A stretch of DNA of 64,000 bases, from contig NC_086097.1 in assembly GCF_963921235.1 (NCBI RefSeq), positions 76,014,001-76,078,000 on the forward strand, in the 5' to 3' direction. The translations under genes and the position numbers were made by a program. Below the pieces are notes generated by a model. It did not search any database. It worked only from the letters and a program-made list of their open reading frames with translations, and was not told the DNA's origin. Source of the stretch: Mobula hypostoma (lineage: Eukaryota). Below are positions 14,148-27,010 of the stretch, piece by piece (position 1 is the first letter of the stretch; each line of letters opens with the position of its first letter).

Positions 14148-14996
14148 GAAAAGCATAAGCCAGGAGATGGATACAAGAAAATTGCTAAGTCATTGAATAT
14201 CCTCTAGAGTACAGTTAAGTCAATCATCAAGAAAGGGAAAGCATATGATACAGCTGTAAATCTGCCGAGAGTAGGCTGTCCTCAAAAAACTAGTGACTGT
14301 GCAAGAAGGAGATGAGCGAGGGAGGCCACCAAGAGACCTGTGACAACATTGGAGGAATGACAAGCTTCAGTAGCTAAGATGTGAGAGACTGTGCATACAA
14401 CTGTTGCCTGGGTGCTCCACCTCTTGCAACTTTATGGGAGAATTGCAAAGAGAAAGCCACTGTTGGAAAAAAGCCCACATGAAATCTTGTCCAGAGTTTG
14501 CCAGAAGGCTTGTGGGAGACTCTGAAGTCCGCTGGAAGAAGGTTCCATGGTCTGATGAAACCAAAATTAAGCTTTTTGACTATCAGACTAAATGCTATTT
14601 TTGGCATAAACCGAACACCGCACATCATCAAAAACACACCATCCCTACTTTGAATCCTGGTGGTGGTTGCATCATGCTCTGGGATACTTCATTGCAGCAG
14701 ACCCTGGAAGGCTTGTGAAGACAGAGGATAAAATGAATGCAGCAAAATACAGGGAAATCCTGAGGAAAACCTGATGCAGTCTGCAAGAGAACTGTGAGCT
14801 TGGGAGAAGATTTGTTTTCCAGCAAGACAATGACCCCAAGTATCGAGCCAAAGCTACACAGGAATGGCTTAAAAACAACAAAGTTAATCTCCTGGAGTGG
14901 CCAGATCAGAGTCTGACCTCAATCCAATTGAGAATTTGTGGCTGGATTTGATAAGGTCTGTTACTCACGATCCCCATGCAATCTAACTGAGCTTAA

Positions 14997-15026
14997 CAAC
15001 AGGAATTCTGCAGATGCTGGAAGATG
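14997..15026. mobile_element. 30-bp Penelope terminal fragment inserted in the Tc1 transposase
   Basis: CAACAGGAATTCTGCAGATGCTGGAA matches the Penelope end at ~28673-28698. Flanked by the 14-bp direct repeat CTAACTGAGCTTAA (14983-14996, 15027-15040). Confidence 0.75.
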
Positions 15027-16232
15027 CTAACTGAGCTTAAGCAGTTTTGTAAAGAAGAATGGGGTAAGCAAAGCAAGAGACCTATCCATGCAGACTCAAG
15101 GCAGTAATTGCTACCAAAGGTGCACCTACTAAATACTGACATGGGGGGGGGGGTGAGTAATTATGCAATCAATTATTTGTTTAAGAATTGTAATTAATTT
15201 AGACCAATTTAAAGAAATTTATTTTCACTTTGACAGAAAAGAGTCTTCTGATCAGTGCCAAAAAAAAACTAAATTAAATCCACTGTGATTCAATGTGGTA
15301 AAACGATAAAACATGAAAACTTCCAAGGGGGGGGCGAATACTATTTATAGGCACTGTATGCATCTTTGCTGTCCAGATGCTCCAGAATTGAATAAAGAGC
15401 CAATGAGATGGCATCTGCTGTGGACCTGTTGTGCCAGTAGGCAAAATGGAGCAGATCCAAGTTGCTTCTCAGGCAGGAGTTGATATGTTTCATCACCAAC
15501 CTCTCAAAGCACTTCATCACGGTGGATGTTAGTGCTACGGGACGATGGTCATTGAGGCAACTTACACGTTCTTCTTGGGCTCCGGTATAATTGAAGCCTA
15601 CTTGAAGCAGGTGGGTACCTCAGACAGCCGAAGTGAGAAATTAAAGATTTCAGTGACACCACATGTTCTGCCCGTAAGGTAAATACTTTTTGTGGCCACC
15701 AGAAGAGGCATAGACATACAAGTAGTAGGGTCTATTGAACTGCACAAGGTTGATTAAATGTATACATTTTTAAGCAAATGATTTATGTTATTGAATTAGA
15801 ATTGGTTATTTTGTGATTTTTGTTTTTGCTGGATTGGCAGTGTGATAATAACTAATGGAAGGGTACGAGTGTGGAACTATTGATGAAAGGGAAGTTGGCA
15901 GAATCTCATGAATATTTTGATCACCTGTAGCCCAGACAGATACATTCTTCTAACATTGTAGTTTATCTTCTTTTTTGTTCCTACACATCCTGTGGCACTT
16001 GGTCCTCTTTCTAATTTTCAGTCATTAGCTACAGCATTGTAAGATAACATCTAACAACATAGTTTCCCTCTCTGGTCACAGAATAGCTGTGCATTAGAGT
16101 TAAATCCAATCTGAATGATGTAAATGGACAAGTTGTGATACAGCTTGAATTAAATGCTCCCTGAATTAATGAAAAGCCTGCCATCCTCATACCCTGGTGT
16201 CTCCTTGTCTCTAGCAGAAAGAGTAAGGTTAC

Positions 16233-18801
16233 CTATCTTTGTATAGTAGACCTCACTATCATGCAATAGTTGCACACAAACCAAGATGTTATCAATATAT
16301 CTTGCAGTGACTAGAAAAGGGCTAAACAGGGCGTGGAGGTGGGGTGGGGAATACAGCCACATTCAGGACATTTATTCTCCCTTTAGATTTCTTATTTCAG
16401 CATGAACTTCTGAATAACAGGATAGACTTCAGTTCCAACCAAACCACTCTTTAAATTATTCAAACTTAAATTATAAGATGGTAAGGCTACAAAAAGCAAC
16501 CACAAGAAATAACTAACAACTGCCAGCAGTTCACAATTCCCTTAAATAATTCTAGTTGAAATCCATTTAACCCACCTGAACTGCATGGTCACTGCTGACA
16601 GGTGGGTCCGTATGTACAAGTCCCTTAGTCAAGACAGTGGACTTCCTACTGGTACTGTGATCGCACATTTCAGAATTGAATTCCTAGTATTATAGGCATA
16701 GAATCCCCAAATAAAAGAACTTTTTCAATTAAATCTCTCGATATGATGTTTGCTGATTGAATACTTTCTGTATGTTCATTATGAATTTATTAACTATTCT
16801 GGATGTTATAATCACAAAATCTAATAAAGAAGTGATATAATATAAAAAATAGTGCAACCTATCTTTTGTATAATTGTCAGAAACATGGTAAGTTCTTGCA
16901 TATTTCTCAGTATTTCAATACTAACAATTTTCAAGTTAATTTGTTTCACTGTTTTTATATTATTTAAAATTTGGTAAAGTCGTTAGTATAAGATTAAATA
17001 TCTGACAAATAATTGCACACTGAAACTAGTCTTAATGGGTGCTAAAAATCTTTTAATGGGTGCTAAATTATGTATTATAGCCATTTAAAAATTATTAAAA
17101 TTGATCCTGATTTAGTGTCTATCAGCATAGATCTTACACAAAAACAATGATATCCACCTGTGTAACATTCATTGTAAAACATCACTTCAGCAGGAAAACT
17201 TTAACTGTCAATAAATCAGGGAAAAAAATCAAGAGTACAAGGTGAAACCATACAATTCCCCTGACACCTGATGATGACTGGCACTTGGAGATTCATATTC
17301 CATTGAAAAATCAATCACTTTTTTTAAAAAAAAGTGGAGCAGGAAGTAAAAGCAATGACAGCATTTCAAATAAAGAATAAAGTTTGATTTTAAGCAGTCA
17401 TGCATTGCATTCTTTTATTTGTAAAGTTGATGGCCGATAGACTGGTGTGATATTTCAGGTCTCAGTACTTATGACCAATCTACTTCAAGTAAAGCTACTG
17501 AAATAATGATAGATTACCACTTGTGCTGCATGTTTTAAGATCAGATTTGGGTCATGAATATGAACTGATGAGAGATTCTCAGATCCCAGACCCAATACAC
17601 ATTAATACTGGCACTTCCTACAAGAAAAATTACACGAAGGTCAAAGGTAAAGACTACATACTGAAGTAAAATCTTGTCCTCTCCCATTCTAAGAGATAAA
17701 TAACAAGGTTTTGTGAAATAAAGTTAAGCTGTAAGTCAGTTATGATCTGAATGTTTGAATGAACAAGGTTGAGTAGCTGATTGTCCTATTTCTGAAGTTA
17801 CTAATTTCTTAATACATGTGGACTGTAGCTTTAAATTTTATTCAAATAAAACATAACTGTAACAAGCAGAAGGCCTGACCATCCTTTACCGAATTAATAA
17901 GCTGTTTTACTGCAAGTAAATACATTTCAAAATGCAATGAGATTAAACACAAACCAAAATTTAACTTGGATTTGACAGTGTTTAAAACTATATTTTCATT
18001 ACAAGCATGTTCCCATTATACAGTAGTCTGTGTTTTCTGACATTATGGACATCATTGTTGAAATTATTTAAAGCAGATCAATATTTTAGCTGCAGTGCAT
18101 CCATTTTCCACATGTACCTTCTTTCTATTCATTACTGACTATTTTGCTTATAGAAAATTATGTATCTTCCAAACATTAAAATGTTTCCATATTTCTTAAC
18201 ATTTAAAACTCTGAGTAATGTTTATTGGTTGTTTTGCTTATCTTCACATGCATGTTCTTAACTTTGAACAAGTTCTCATGGAATCCATTTACATCACTAT
18301 ATAAAAGTTATTTAACAAGGAACTGTTAACAGTGATAGAAACAAAGCAGAAGATCCAAGTCATTGTTACAGTCCATTTAAAAATGAAGCTCTCAAGAACA
18401 AGTTTTTGGTTTAATAAACTTTAGAGATTTCTTACCTTTACCCCACACTTTATTTTGTCTTTTGCTTTACGTACTCCAATGACTTGCAAAATAAAACTAG
18501 TCAGGTGCTGAGTCTGTGGTCAGGCTCTATACTTCTGTGGTTTCAAACTTAGACCTGTGCAAAGTTCCACACCGTTACTTTTTACTCTGTATCTAGACAC
18601 ACCAAATGTAAAATTGAGATGTCTGTAATGTTCAACAGTTGGGTATGGGGAATACTGTTGTTGATTTCCCATGGTTCACTGCGGCTATAACCCAAGGGCT
18701 GCTTCTATCACTGAATGTTCCACCCATTCAAGTTATGTGAGTCAACCCCGCCAAACAAGTCAATGCGTAATCATTCATGACATTAGACTTCAACATTTTT
18801 A
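16233..18801 (-). pseudogene. Cluster of exon-like segments of a possible decayed gene (candidates 18436-18801, 18118-18296, 17518-17617, 16576-16683, 16233-16310)
   Basis: Each segment is bounded by a pyrimidine-AG acceptor and a GT donor on the minus strand, in TE-free sequence. 16576-16683 is open (EFNSEMCDHSTSRKSTVLTKGLVHTDPPVSSDHAVQ). The others contain stops. Identity not recognised. Confidence 0.3.
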
Positions 18802-19762
18802 CTGAGGAATAAAATAAGCAGCACTCTCGTGTCACATTACAAAAAAAATCTCAAAACTAAACAAAGCTTTTCTCATGTCAAATATACTGTAGTTATAAAT
18901 TCAATCATTTAATTGAAACAGGAAGTCAGAAAAGACTGGTGGTCTCTGCCATTTACCACAGGTGCAATGGAAGGTTTACATAACTGGGTGTGTTTTAAAT
19001 CAGCCAGTGAAGCAGCTGCAAGTATCATGCAGTTAAGTTGCTGTACATTTCCGATCCTTTTATGTGCTTTTCCTATTTTTGCTGATGTTAAACCATGCTA
19101 ATATAAAATGAATGAAAATCATACTGTTCCTAATGGTATAGAGAGATAATCATTTATATAGGTTTATAAACAAGAAAATTTAACATCCTAATTTAATAGT
19201 GGTGTTGGTGGCCCTATCTCGAAATCACTACAGTTAGATTTCTTTGAACTTTGGTTAATCTATGAAGTACGCAGTACAATCACCTAATAATTTAAAATTT
19301 GTACAATTTTTTAAAATGAAAGTTTTTAACCTGACAATGGTAACCATGGAAATATCTGATTTTTCTAAAACAAAGCACATCTTTTCACTAATCTCTTTTG
19401 GGTAAGGAAGTCTGCCAGTGTTATCTGGTCGGCTTACATATCAGAGCAGACCCACAACATGATCAAATCTGAAATGACCTAGTAAGCTATTCAGAGATAC
19501 AGGACACTGCAGACGCTGGAATTGTAAAGAAATACACCTTCTTTTACCATAGCTATTGCATCAGTATACTTTATATGGCCTCTACATCAGTGAGATCAAG
19601 TGCGGATGAGGTGAACTCTGCTGTGTCATCTAAAGCTCCTGAGAGATGTTCTTATTCTCCTCCCCTTTCCCCACACTGGCCAGTCTGTCCTTGGCCCTGT
19701 ATGTACACTGATAAGATGCAGCCAAGCGCAACTTGAGAACAAGCAACACATATTCAAACCCA

Positions 19763-19985
19763 AACAAGAGAAAATCTGCAGAAACTGGAAATCCAAGCAA
19801 CACACACATGTTGGAGGAACTCAGCAGGCTAGGCAGCATCTATGGAAAAGAGTAAACAGCTGACGTTTTGGGCCGAGACCCTTCATCTTGCTGAAGGGTT
19901 TCAGTCCGAAATATCGACTGTTTACTCTTTTCCATAGATATGGCCTGGTCTGTTGAGTTTCTCCAGCATTTTGTGTGTGTTGCTC
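19763..19985. mobile_element. Penelope-derived fold-back mini-element (inverted terminal segments)
   Basis: Left arm ..GGAGGAACTCAGCAGG..CTATGGAAAAGAGTAAACAG.. is the reverse complement of the right arm ..CTGTTTACTCTTTTCCATAGA..TGAGTTTCTCCAGCATTTTGTGTG. Junction at ~19887. Confidence 0.8.
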
Positions 19986-20354
19986 ATGTTCAACCCAGTA
20001 GTCAATGGTCCCATGATGAGAACATTTAATTCTTCAATTTCAGGAATCTGCTCCTGCACTCTCCTTCTGATCTACCCATGTCTTCCTACACACTCCCTTC
20101 TTTACAAAACCACCCTACCCCCCAGCTCCTTATCACAGAGTTTCTACACCTCACCCTCCCGCCACACCCACTCCATCTGCCCATCACCCAGACTCACCTC
20201 CTATAGTGACTCCTACCCCACCGTTCCCATCTACCTACCATACACTCACCTTACTTTCCTATCAGATTCTATCATCTGCAGCCCTTTGTTGCCTCTATGA
20301 CTTCTCAGCCTTTGTTCCTATTTCTATCCTTCAAAAGTATTATAGGAAGCATCA

Positions 20355-21894
20355 TGAGGATTGGACGGTGGCTAATGTAACCCCACTTTTTTGAGGATTG
20401 GAGGGTGGTTAATGTAACCCCACTTTTTGAGGATTGGAGGGTGGCTAATGTAACCCCACTTTTTAAAAAAGGAGGGAGAGAGAAACCAGGGAATTATAGA
20501 CCGGTTAGCCTAACGTCGGTGGTGGGGAAACTGCTGGAGTCAGTTATCAAAGATGTGATAACAGCACATTTGGAAAGCGGTGAAATGATCGGACAAAGTC
20601 AGCATGGATTTGTGAAAGGAAAATCATGTCTGACGAATCTCAGAATTTTTTGAGGATGTAACTAGTAGAGTGGATAGGGGAGAACCAGTGGATGTGGTAT
20701 ATTTGGATTTTCAAAAGGCTTTTGACAAGGTCCCACACAGGAGATTAGTGTGCAAACTTAAAGCACACGGTATTGGGGGTAAGGTATTGGTGTGGGTGGA
20801 GAATTGGTTAGCAGACAGGAAGCAAAGAGTGGGAATAAACGGGACCTTTTCAGAATGGCAGGCGGTGACTAGTGGGGTACCGCAAGGCTCAGTGCTGGGA
20901 CCCCCAGTTGTTTACAATATATATTAATGGCTTGGATGAGGGAATTAAATGCAGCATCTCCAAGTTTGCGGATGACACGAAGCTGGGTGGCAGTGTTAGC
21001 AGTGAGGAGGATGCTAAGAGGATGCAGGGTGACTTGGATAGGTTGGGTGAGTGGGCAAATTCATGGCAGATGCAATTTAATGTGGATAAATGTGAAGTTA
21101 TCCACTTTGGTGGCAAAAATAGGAAAACAGATTATTATCTGAATGGTGGCCGATTAGGAAAAGGGGAGGTGCAACGAGACCTGGGTGTCATTATACACCA
21201 GTCATTGAAAGTGGGCATGCAGGTACAGCAGGCGGTGAAAAAGGCGAATGGTATGCTGGCATTTATAGCGAGAGGATTCCAGTACAGGAGCAGGGACGTA
21301 CCACTGCAGTTGTACAAGGCCTTGGTGAGACCACACCTGGAGTATTGTGTGCAGTTTTGGTCCCCTAATCTGAGGAAAGACATCCTTGCCATAGAGGGAG
21401 TACAAAGAAGGTTCACCAGATTGATTCCTGGGATGGCGGGACTTTCATATGAAGAAAGACTGGATGAATTGGGCTTGTACTCGTTGGAATTTAGAAGATT
21501 GAGGGGGGATCTGATTGAAACGTATAAGATCCTAAAGGGATTGGACAGGCTGGATGCAGGAAGATTGTTCCCGATGTTGGGGAAGTCCAGAACGAGGGGT
21601 CACAGTTTGAGGATAGAGGGGAAGCCTTTTAAGACCGAGATTAGGAAAAACTTCTTCACACAGAGAGTGGTGAATCTGTGGAATTCTCTGCCACAGGAAA
21701 CTGTCGAGGCCAGTTCATTGGCTATATTTAAGAGGGAGTTAGATATGGCCCTTGTGGCTACGGGGGTCAGGGGTATGGAGGGAAGGCTGGGGCGGGGTTC
21801 TGAGTTGGATGATCAGCCATGATCATAATAAATGGTGGTGCAGGCTCGAAGGGCCGAATGGCCTACTCCTGCACTTATTTTCTGTGTTTCTATG
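20355..21894 (+). mobile_element. Young 5'-truncated CR1 LINE (RT domain + 3' UTR)
   Basis: PGNYRPVSLTSVVGK, QHGFVKGKSCLTN, LDFQKAFDKV, PQGSVLGP, KFADDTKL, RPHLEYCVQFWSP; only two frameshifts. Tail TTTTCTGTGTTTCTATG. Confidence 0.95.
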
Positions 21895-22099
21895 TCCCAA
21901 TGCATCATGGCTTGGCATAGTTTGCCTGAGACTATAAGAAACCACAAGAGAGATGAGCACACAGCTTAGCATATTACAGAAATTAGCTTCCCTTCTATGG
22001 ACTGTCTATACTTTGGTGGGCTACAATCATCGAGTGTGATGTTTAAAAAGAGCTCTGAGCTTTTCGGGACTATTCAGTGGGCTGCAATCATAATGATCT

Positions 22100-25000
22100 A
22101 TTTGGCACTTGGCAAAGGCCAATAAAAAGAAGCAAGGTGTAAGCAGGGCAGCCATTGTTGGAGTACGGTGTTGGGCTTTGGCTCAATAGGCTTGAGTGGA
22201 ACAGGCAGAGGCTCAATGTAAGTGCCTAGGAAGTTTATTTGCTTTTTTGTCTTCTTTTGTCTATCAGTACATTGCTAGTGCAATGAGGATGGGTCCAGGG
22301 TTAGTGGTATGTTCTTTGCGTCCGAGAAACATCCAATGCATGTACTGCAGCTCCTTAGGGACTGTATTAAGGGACCTGGAGCTACAGCTCAATTGAGCAT
22401 TGGCTCATAAAGAAGAATGAGGAGGTGATAGATAGAAGCTACAGGGAGGTAGTCACCCCTAAGTTGCTGAAAGAAGGTACCTAGGTAACTGTCAGGATAG
22501 GGAAAGGGGATAGACAGCTAGTGCAGAGTATCCCTGTAGCTGTTCCCCTCAATAATAAGTACTGTATACCAATTTGGATACTGTGGGGGGGGGGGGGGCA
22601 GAAGAAGATGATCTACCCGCGGGAATCTGCAGCAACCAGGTCTCTAGCACTAACTTTGACTCTATGACTCAGACAGGAATGGGGGAGAAGAGGAGTGCAG
22701 TAGTGATAGAGGATTCCACAATTAGAAGAGCAGACAGGAGATTCTGTGGACATGAAAGAGACACCTCTCAGGTGGCAGAGTCAGGGATATTTTGGATTGG
22801 GTCCACAGATTTCTAAAGAGGGAGAATGAACAGCCGGAAATCATGGTACATATTGGTACCAATGACATAAGCATGCAAAGGGAGGATGCCTTGAAGAGAG
22901 AATCTAGGAAGTTAGGTAGAAAGCTGAAAAACAAGCCCTCCGGGGTAGTAATCTCTGGATTGATGCCTGTGCCCCGAGTACAGTACCAGTAAGATAATTT
23001 GGCAGATGAATGCATGGCAGAGAATTGTTATGGGCAGGTTTTCTGGAGCTGTTGAGTACTTAAACTAATATGGCAGGGGATGGGAACCACAGTGATGGGG
23101 CTGAGGGTGGGGTAGTTGGTATACAAGTAGATGCAGTGTGTAGTGAGACTGTGAGGAAGGACATGGAATGATAGGGCAAAATTGCAGTCACTGGGATGAG
23201 ATGAAGTGTAACATGGGGGAAAAATAGAAAAGGATGATGAATAGAGGACTGAAGGTGTATATTTAAATGCACCCAATAGAGGGAATAAGGTAGATGTTGG
23301 AGCGCAGTTAGAGATTGGCAGATATGATGTTGTGGGCATCACTGAGTAGTAGCTGAAAGAAGATTATGGTTGGGAGCTTAACATGCAAGGATACACATGA
23401 TATTGAAAAGTCAAGCAGAAAATGGTTACACAGGATAGAAAAATGTAGAATCCTTGTGGGTAGAGTTAAGAAACTGCAATGGTAAAATGACGCTGATAAG
23501 AATTGTATACAGGCCCCCAAACAGTAGCCAAGATGAGGGATACAAATTACAATGGGAGATAGAAAAGGCATGTAAAAAGGGCAGTGTTATGATAGTCATG
23601 GGGGGGGTGTTAGTTTCAATATGCAGGTAGGTTAGGAAGATCAGGTTGGTGCTGGATCCCAAGAGAGGGAGTTTGTAGAATACCCGTGAGATGGCTCTTT
23701 TGGAGCAGCTTAGGTTGAGCCCACTAGGGGAAAGGCAATTCTGCATTGGGGTTAGGTGACGAACCAGATTTGATGTAGCAAATTCCTTTAGCAAGCAATG
23801 ATCACGATAGAACTCATCCGACAGTTTGAAAGGGAGAAGCTAAAGTCAAATGCATCTGTATTACAGTGGAGTAAAGGGAATTACAGAGACATGAGAAAGG
23901 AGCTGGCCAAAGTTGACTGGAAGGGGTCACTAGCAGGGATGATGGCAGAACAGCAATTGTGCAAGTTTCTGGGAGCAATTCAGAAGGCGCAGGATAGATG
24001 CATCCCAAAGATGAAGAAGTATTCTAAAAGGAGGATACTGCAAACATGGCTGACAAGGAAACCAAATACAGCATAAAAGCAAGAGATGGCATATGATTTT
24101 GCAAGAACTAGAGGGAAGTTAGAGGATTGGGAAACTTTTTAAAATCACAGATGGCAACTAAAAAAAGCTATAAGGAGGGAAACAATGAAATACGAACATA
24201 AGCTAGACAACAATATAAAAGAAGATATCAAAAGATTTTTAAGTATATAAATAGTAAAAGAGAAGTAAGTGGATATCAAACCAATGATGCTGGAGAGGTA
24301 GTAAAGGGGGATAAATAAATGGAAGACGAACTTAAGTATTTTGTATCAGTTTTCACTGAGGAAAACACTCGCAGTATGCCAGAATTTTAAGAGTTCAGCA
24401 GGCAAAAGTGAGTGAAATTGCTATTACTAAGGACAAAGTGCCTGGGAAGCTGAAAGATCAGATGGTCTACACCCCAGAGTTCTGAAAGAGATAGACAAAG
24501 AGATTGTGAATGCATTAGTAACGATGTTTCAAGAATCTCTAGATTCTGACAACAGTTCTGGAGGACTGGAAAATTCCAAATGTCACTCCACTCTTTAAAA
24601 AGGGAGGCAGAAGAAAACGAGTTATAGGCCATTTAGCCTGACTTCTGCAGTTGGAAAGATGTTGAATGATGAGGTTTTGTGCTAGACACACATGGCAAAA
24701 TAGGCCAAAGTCAGCTTGGCTTCCTTAAGGAGAAACCTTGCCCGTCAAATCTGTTGGAATTCATTGAGGAATTAACAGGCAGGCCAGACAAAGGAGAGTG
24801 AATGGATGTTGCCTACTTGGAGTTTTAGAAGCCTTTAAGCATGGAACTGCACGAGGCTATTAAACAAAATAAAAGTCCATGGTATTACAGGAAAGATGAT
24901 AGCATGGATAAAAGATCGACAGGAGGCAAACAGTGGGGATAATTGGGGCCTTTTCTGATTAGACGTATTCGGCAGGATATGAGACCACTTCTTTTCTCAT

Positions 25001-25870
25001 TAAATGTCAATAATTTGGATGATGGAATTGATGACTTCAAATCCTAAACAGTACTCTAGATACTAGCCAAATATGCAGATGATACTAAGTTAGGTGGAGG
25101 GGCAGGTGGTGCTGAAGTAGCAGGGAGTCTGCAGAAGGACTTGGACAGATTGGGAGAATGGGTAAGTATGTGGCAGATGTGGGGAAGTTATGGTTATGCA
25201 CTTTGGAAGAAGGAATAAAGGTGCAGACTATTTTCTAAATGGGGAGAAAATTCAAAAATCAGAGGTGCAAAGGGACTTGGGAGCCCTTGTGCAAGATTCC
25301 CTAAAGGTTAGTATTCCTTTTCAGAGAACTAGAATATAAAAGCAAGGATGTAATGCTGAGGTGTTATAAGACATTTATCAGACTGCATTTGGAGTATTGT
25401 GAGCAGTTTTGGGCCTCTTATCAAAGAAAAGATGTGCTGGCATTGGAGGGAGTCCAGAGGAAGGTCACGAGAATTATTCTGGGTATGAAAGGGTTAACTT
25501 TTTGAGGCACAGTTGTTGGCTCTAGGCTTGGGTTCAGAAGAATGAGAGAGGATCTCATAGAAACCATTGAAAGGCCCAGATAGAGTGGATGTGGAGAGGA
25601 TCAGAGGGCACCGCCTCAAAATAGAGCAACATCTATTTAGAACAGAGATGAGGAGGAATTTTTTTTAGCCAGTGGATAGTGAATCTGTAGAATTCATTGC
25701 CACGGACAACTGTGGAGGCCAAGTCATTGGGTATATTTAAAGCAGAGGTTGATAGGTTCTTGATTATTCAAGGTGTCAAAGGTTAAGGGGAGAAGACAAG
25801 AGAAGGTGGTTGAGAGGGGGCCACGGGGCAGCAGACTTGATGGGCCAAATCTGTTAATTTGCTCTATGTC
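22100..25870 (+). mobile_element. Near full-length degenerate CR1 LINE (ORF1 with SGNH-esterase remnant + ORF2)
   Basis: ORF1 motifs VVIEDSTIRRADRRFCGH, IMVHIGTNDI, VVISGLMPVPR. Endonuclease and RT remnants. 3' UTR ends at ~25870. Confidence 0.88.
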
Positions 25871-25879
25871 TTGTGCTGT

Positions 25880-27010
25880 TATGTACTCGTACAGACAATT
25901 TGCATGGTCCCTCATAGAAGGCTCATCCAGAACATTAAAGATGTATTGGATCCATTGCTTTTTGCATTCATATTTGGCTTGCCCATTGAAGGCAAAGGTA
26001 GTGGTTGATGGTATTTATTCTGGCTGGGGTCTGTGACTAGTAGAATTCTGCAGGGATCCTTGATGAGATCTGTGTTTACGACATACAGTATATTACCTGG
26101 ATGAAAACATAGATGGGTGGGTTAGTAAGTTTGCAGATGATACGAAGATTGGTGGTGTTAGGGACAGCACAGAAGATGGGCAAAGGATACAGTGGGATAT
26201 AGATCAGTTGCAGATACAGGCTGAGAAATGGCAGGTAGTGTTTAACCTGGCCAAAGGTGAAGTGTATTTTGGGAGATAAAATATCTAGAGCAGCACTCTG
26301 ATAATGGCATGACGCTTAACTGTATTGATGTGGAGAGGGATCTTGGGATTCAAGGCCAGAGGTCCCTGAAAATGGCTATAGAGAAGGCATATAACACCCT
26401 TGCTTTTAATAGTCAAGGACTGAGTTCAAGACACAGGAAGTTATGTTGTAGCTTTACAAAGCTCCAGTTAGGCCACGTCTGCAATATTGCATTCAGTTCT
26501 GGTATTCCCATTACAGGAAGGATGCCAAGGCTTTAGAGGGGGTGTGGACATTTACCAGCATGCTACATTGATTAGGGGCATGTGCTATAAAGAGAAGTTG
26601 GACAAACTTGTTTTTTTTTTCTCTGAGTTGCAGAGGTTGAGGGGAGATCTGATAGAGATTTAGAGTTAACAGCCAGCGTCTTTTTCCCATTGTTGAAATA
26701 TCTAATACTAACATTTAAGGTGAGAGAGGGTAAGTTCAAAGGAGATGTACAGCAGTTTTTTTCTTCCATATAGAGGGTGATAGGTTTCTGGAAGTTGCTG
26801 CTGGGGTGGTAGTAAAGGTGACTATGATAGAGGCATTCAAGAGACTCTTAGATAGGCAAATGAATGTGCAGGAAGTGGAGCCAGATGGGAACTGTGTAGG
26901 CAGAAAAGTTTAGTTTAGAAGGGCATTTGATTAATAATTCAATTAGCTTGGCACAACATTGTGAGATGAAGGCCTGGCCTGTTCCTGTGCTGAACTGTTT
27001 TATGTTCTAC
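25880..27010 (+). mobile_element. CR1 LINE 3' fragment (older family)
   Basis: SKFADDTKIGG, ERDLGI, and a 3' UTR ending GGCCTGTTCCTGTGCTGAACTGTTTATGTTCTA. Confidence 0.85.

Larger units (their letters stand above)
11622..15356 (+). mobile_element. Tc1-family DNA transposon (long IR/DR-type TIRs) with a degenerate transposase interrupted by an L1
   Basis: TIRs CAGAGCCTATAAAAAGTATTCAC...GGAAGTTTTCAT / ATGAAAACTTCC...GAATACTATTTATAGGCACTG. TA TSD at 11620-21 and 15357-58. Transposase starts at ATG 11997 and resumes at 14168, with [14 protein letters not shown] and DLNPIEN motifs; stop at ~15139. Confidence 0.93.
10438..15660 (-). mobile_element. Rex1/Babar-type LINE (3' part of RT + 3' UTR), split by the Tc1 insertion at 11620-15358
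   Basis: C-terminal fragment AQSITGKALPT..YIEHCHRKAASIIRVSNHPGHAPFSL, plus RT remnants. The sequence reads through across the Tc1 site (ATCCTGATG-TA-TGCATCTTTGCTGTCCAG). Confidence 0.8.

Noticed and set aside
18436..18672. Minus-strand frame MGNQQQY...KYRA*PQTQ...CGVK with a single TGA, suggesting selenocysteine readthrough
   Set aside because: No recognisable selenoprotein motif or SECIS element; neighbouring exon-like segments have several kinds of stop, which fits decay or chance better.
20355..20465. 36-37-bp direct repeats resembling a CRISPR array
   Set aside because: No spacers and no cas genes; the unit is CR1 ORF2 sequence (EDWRVANVTPLF).
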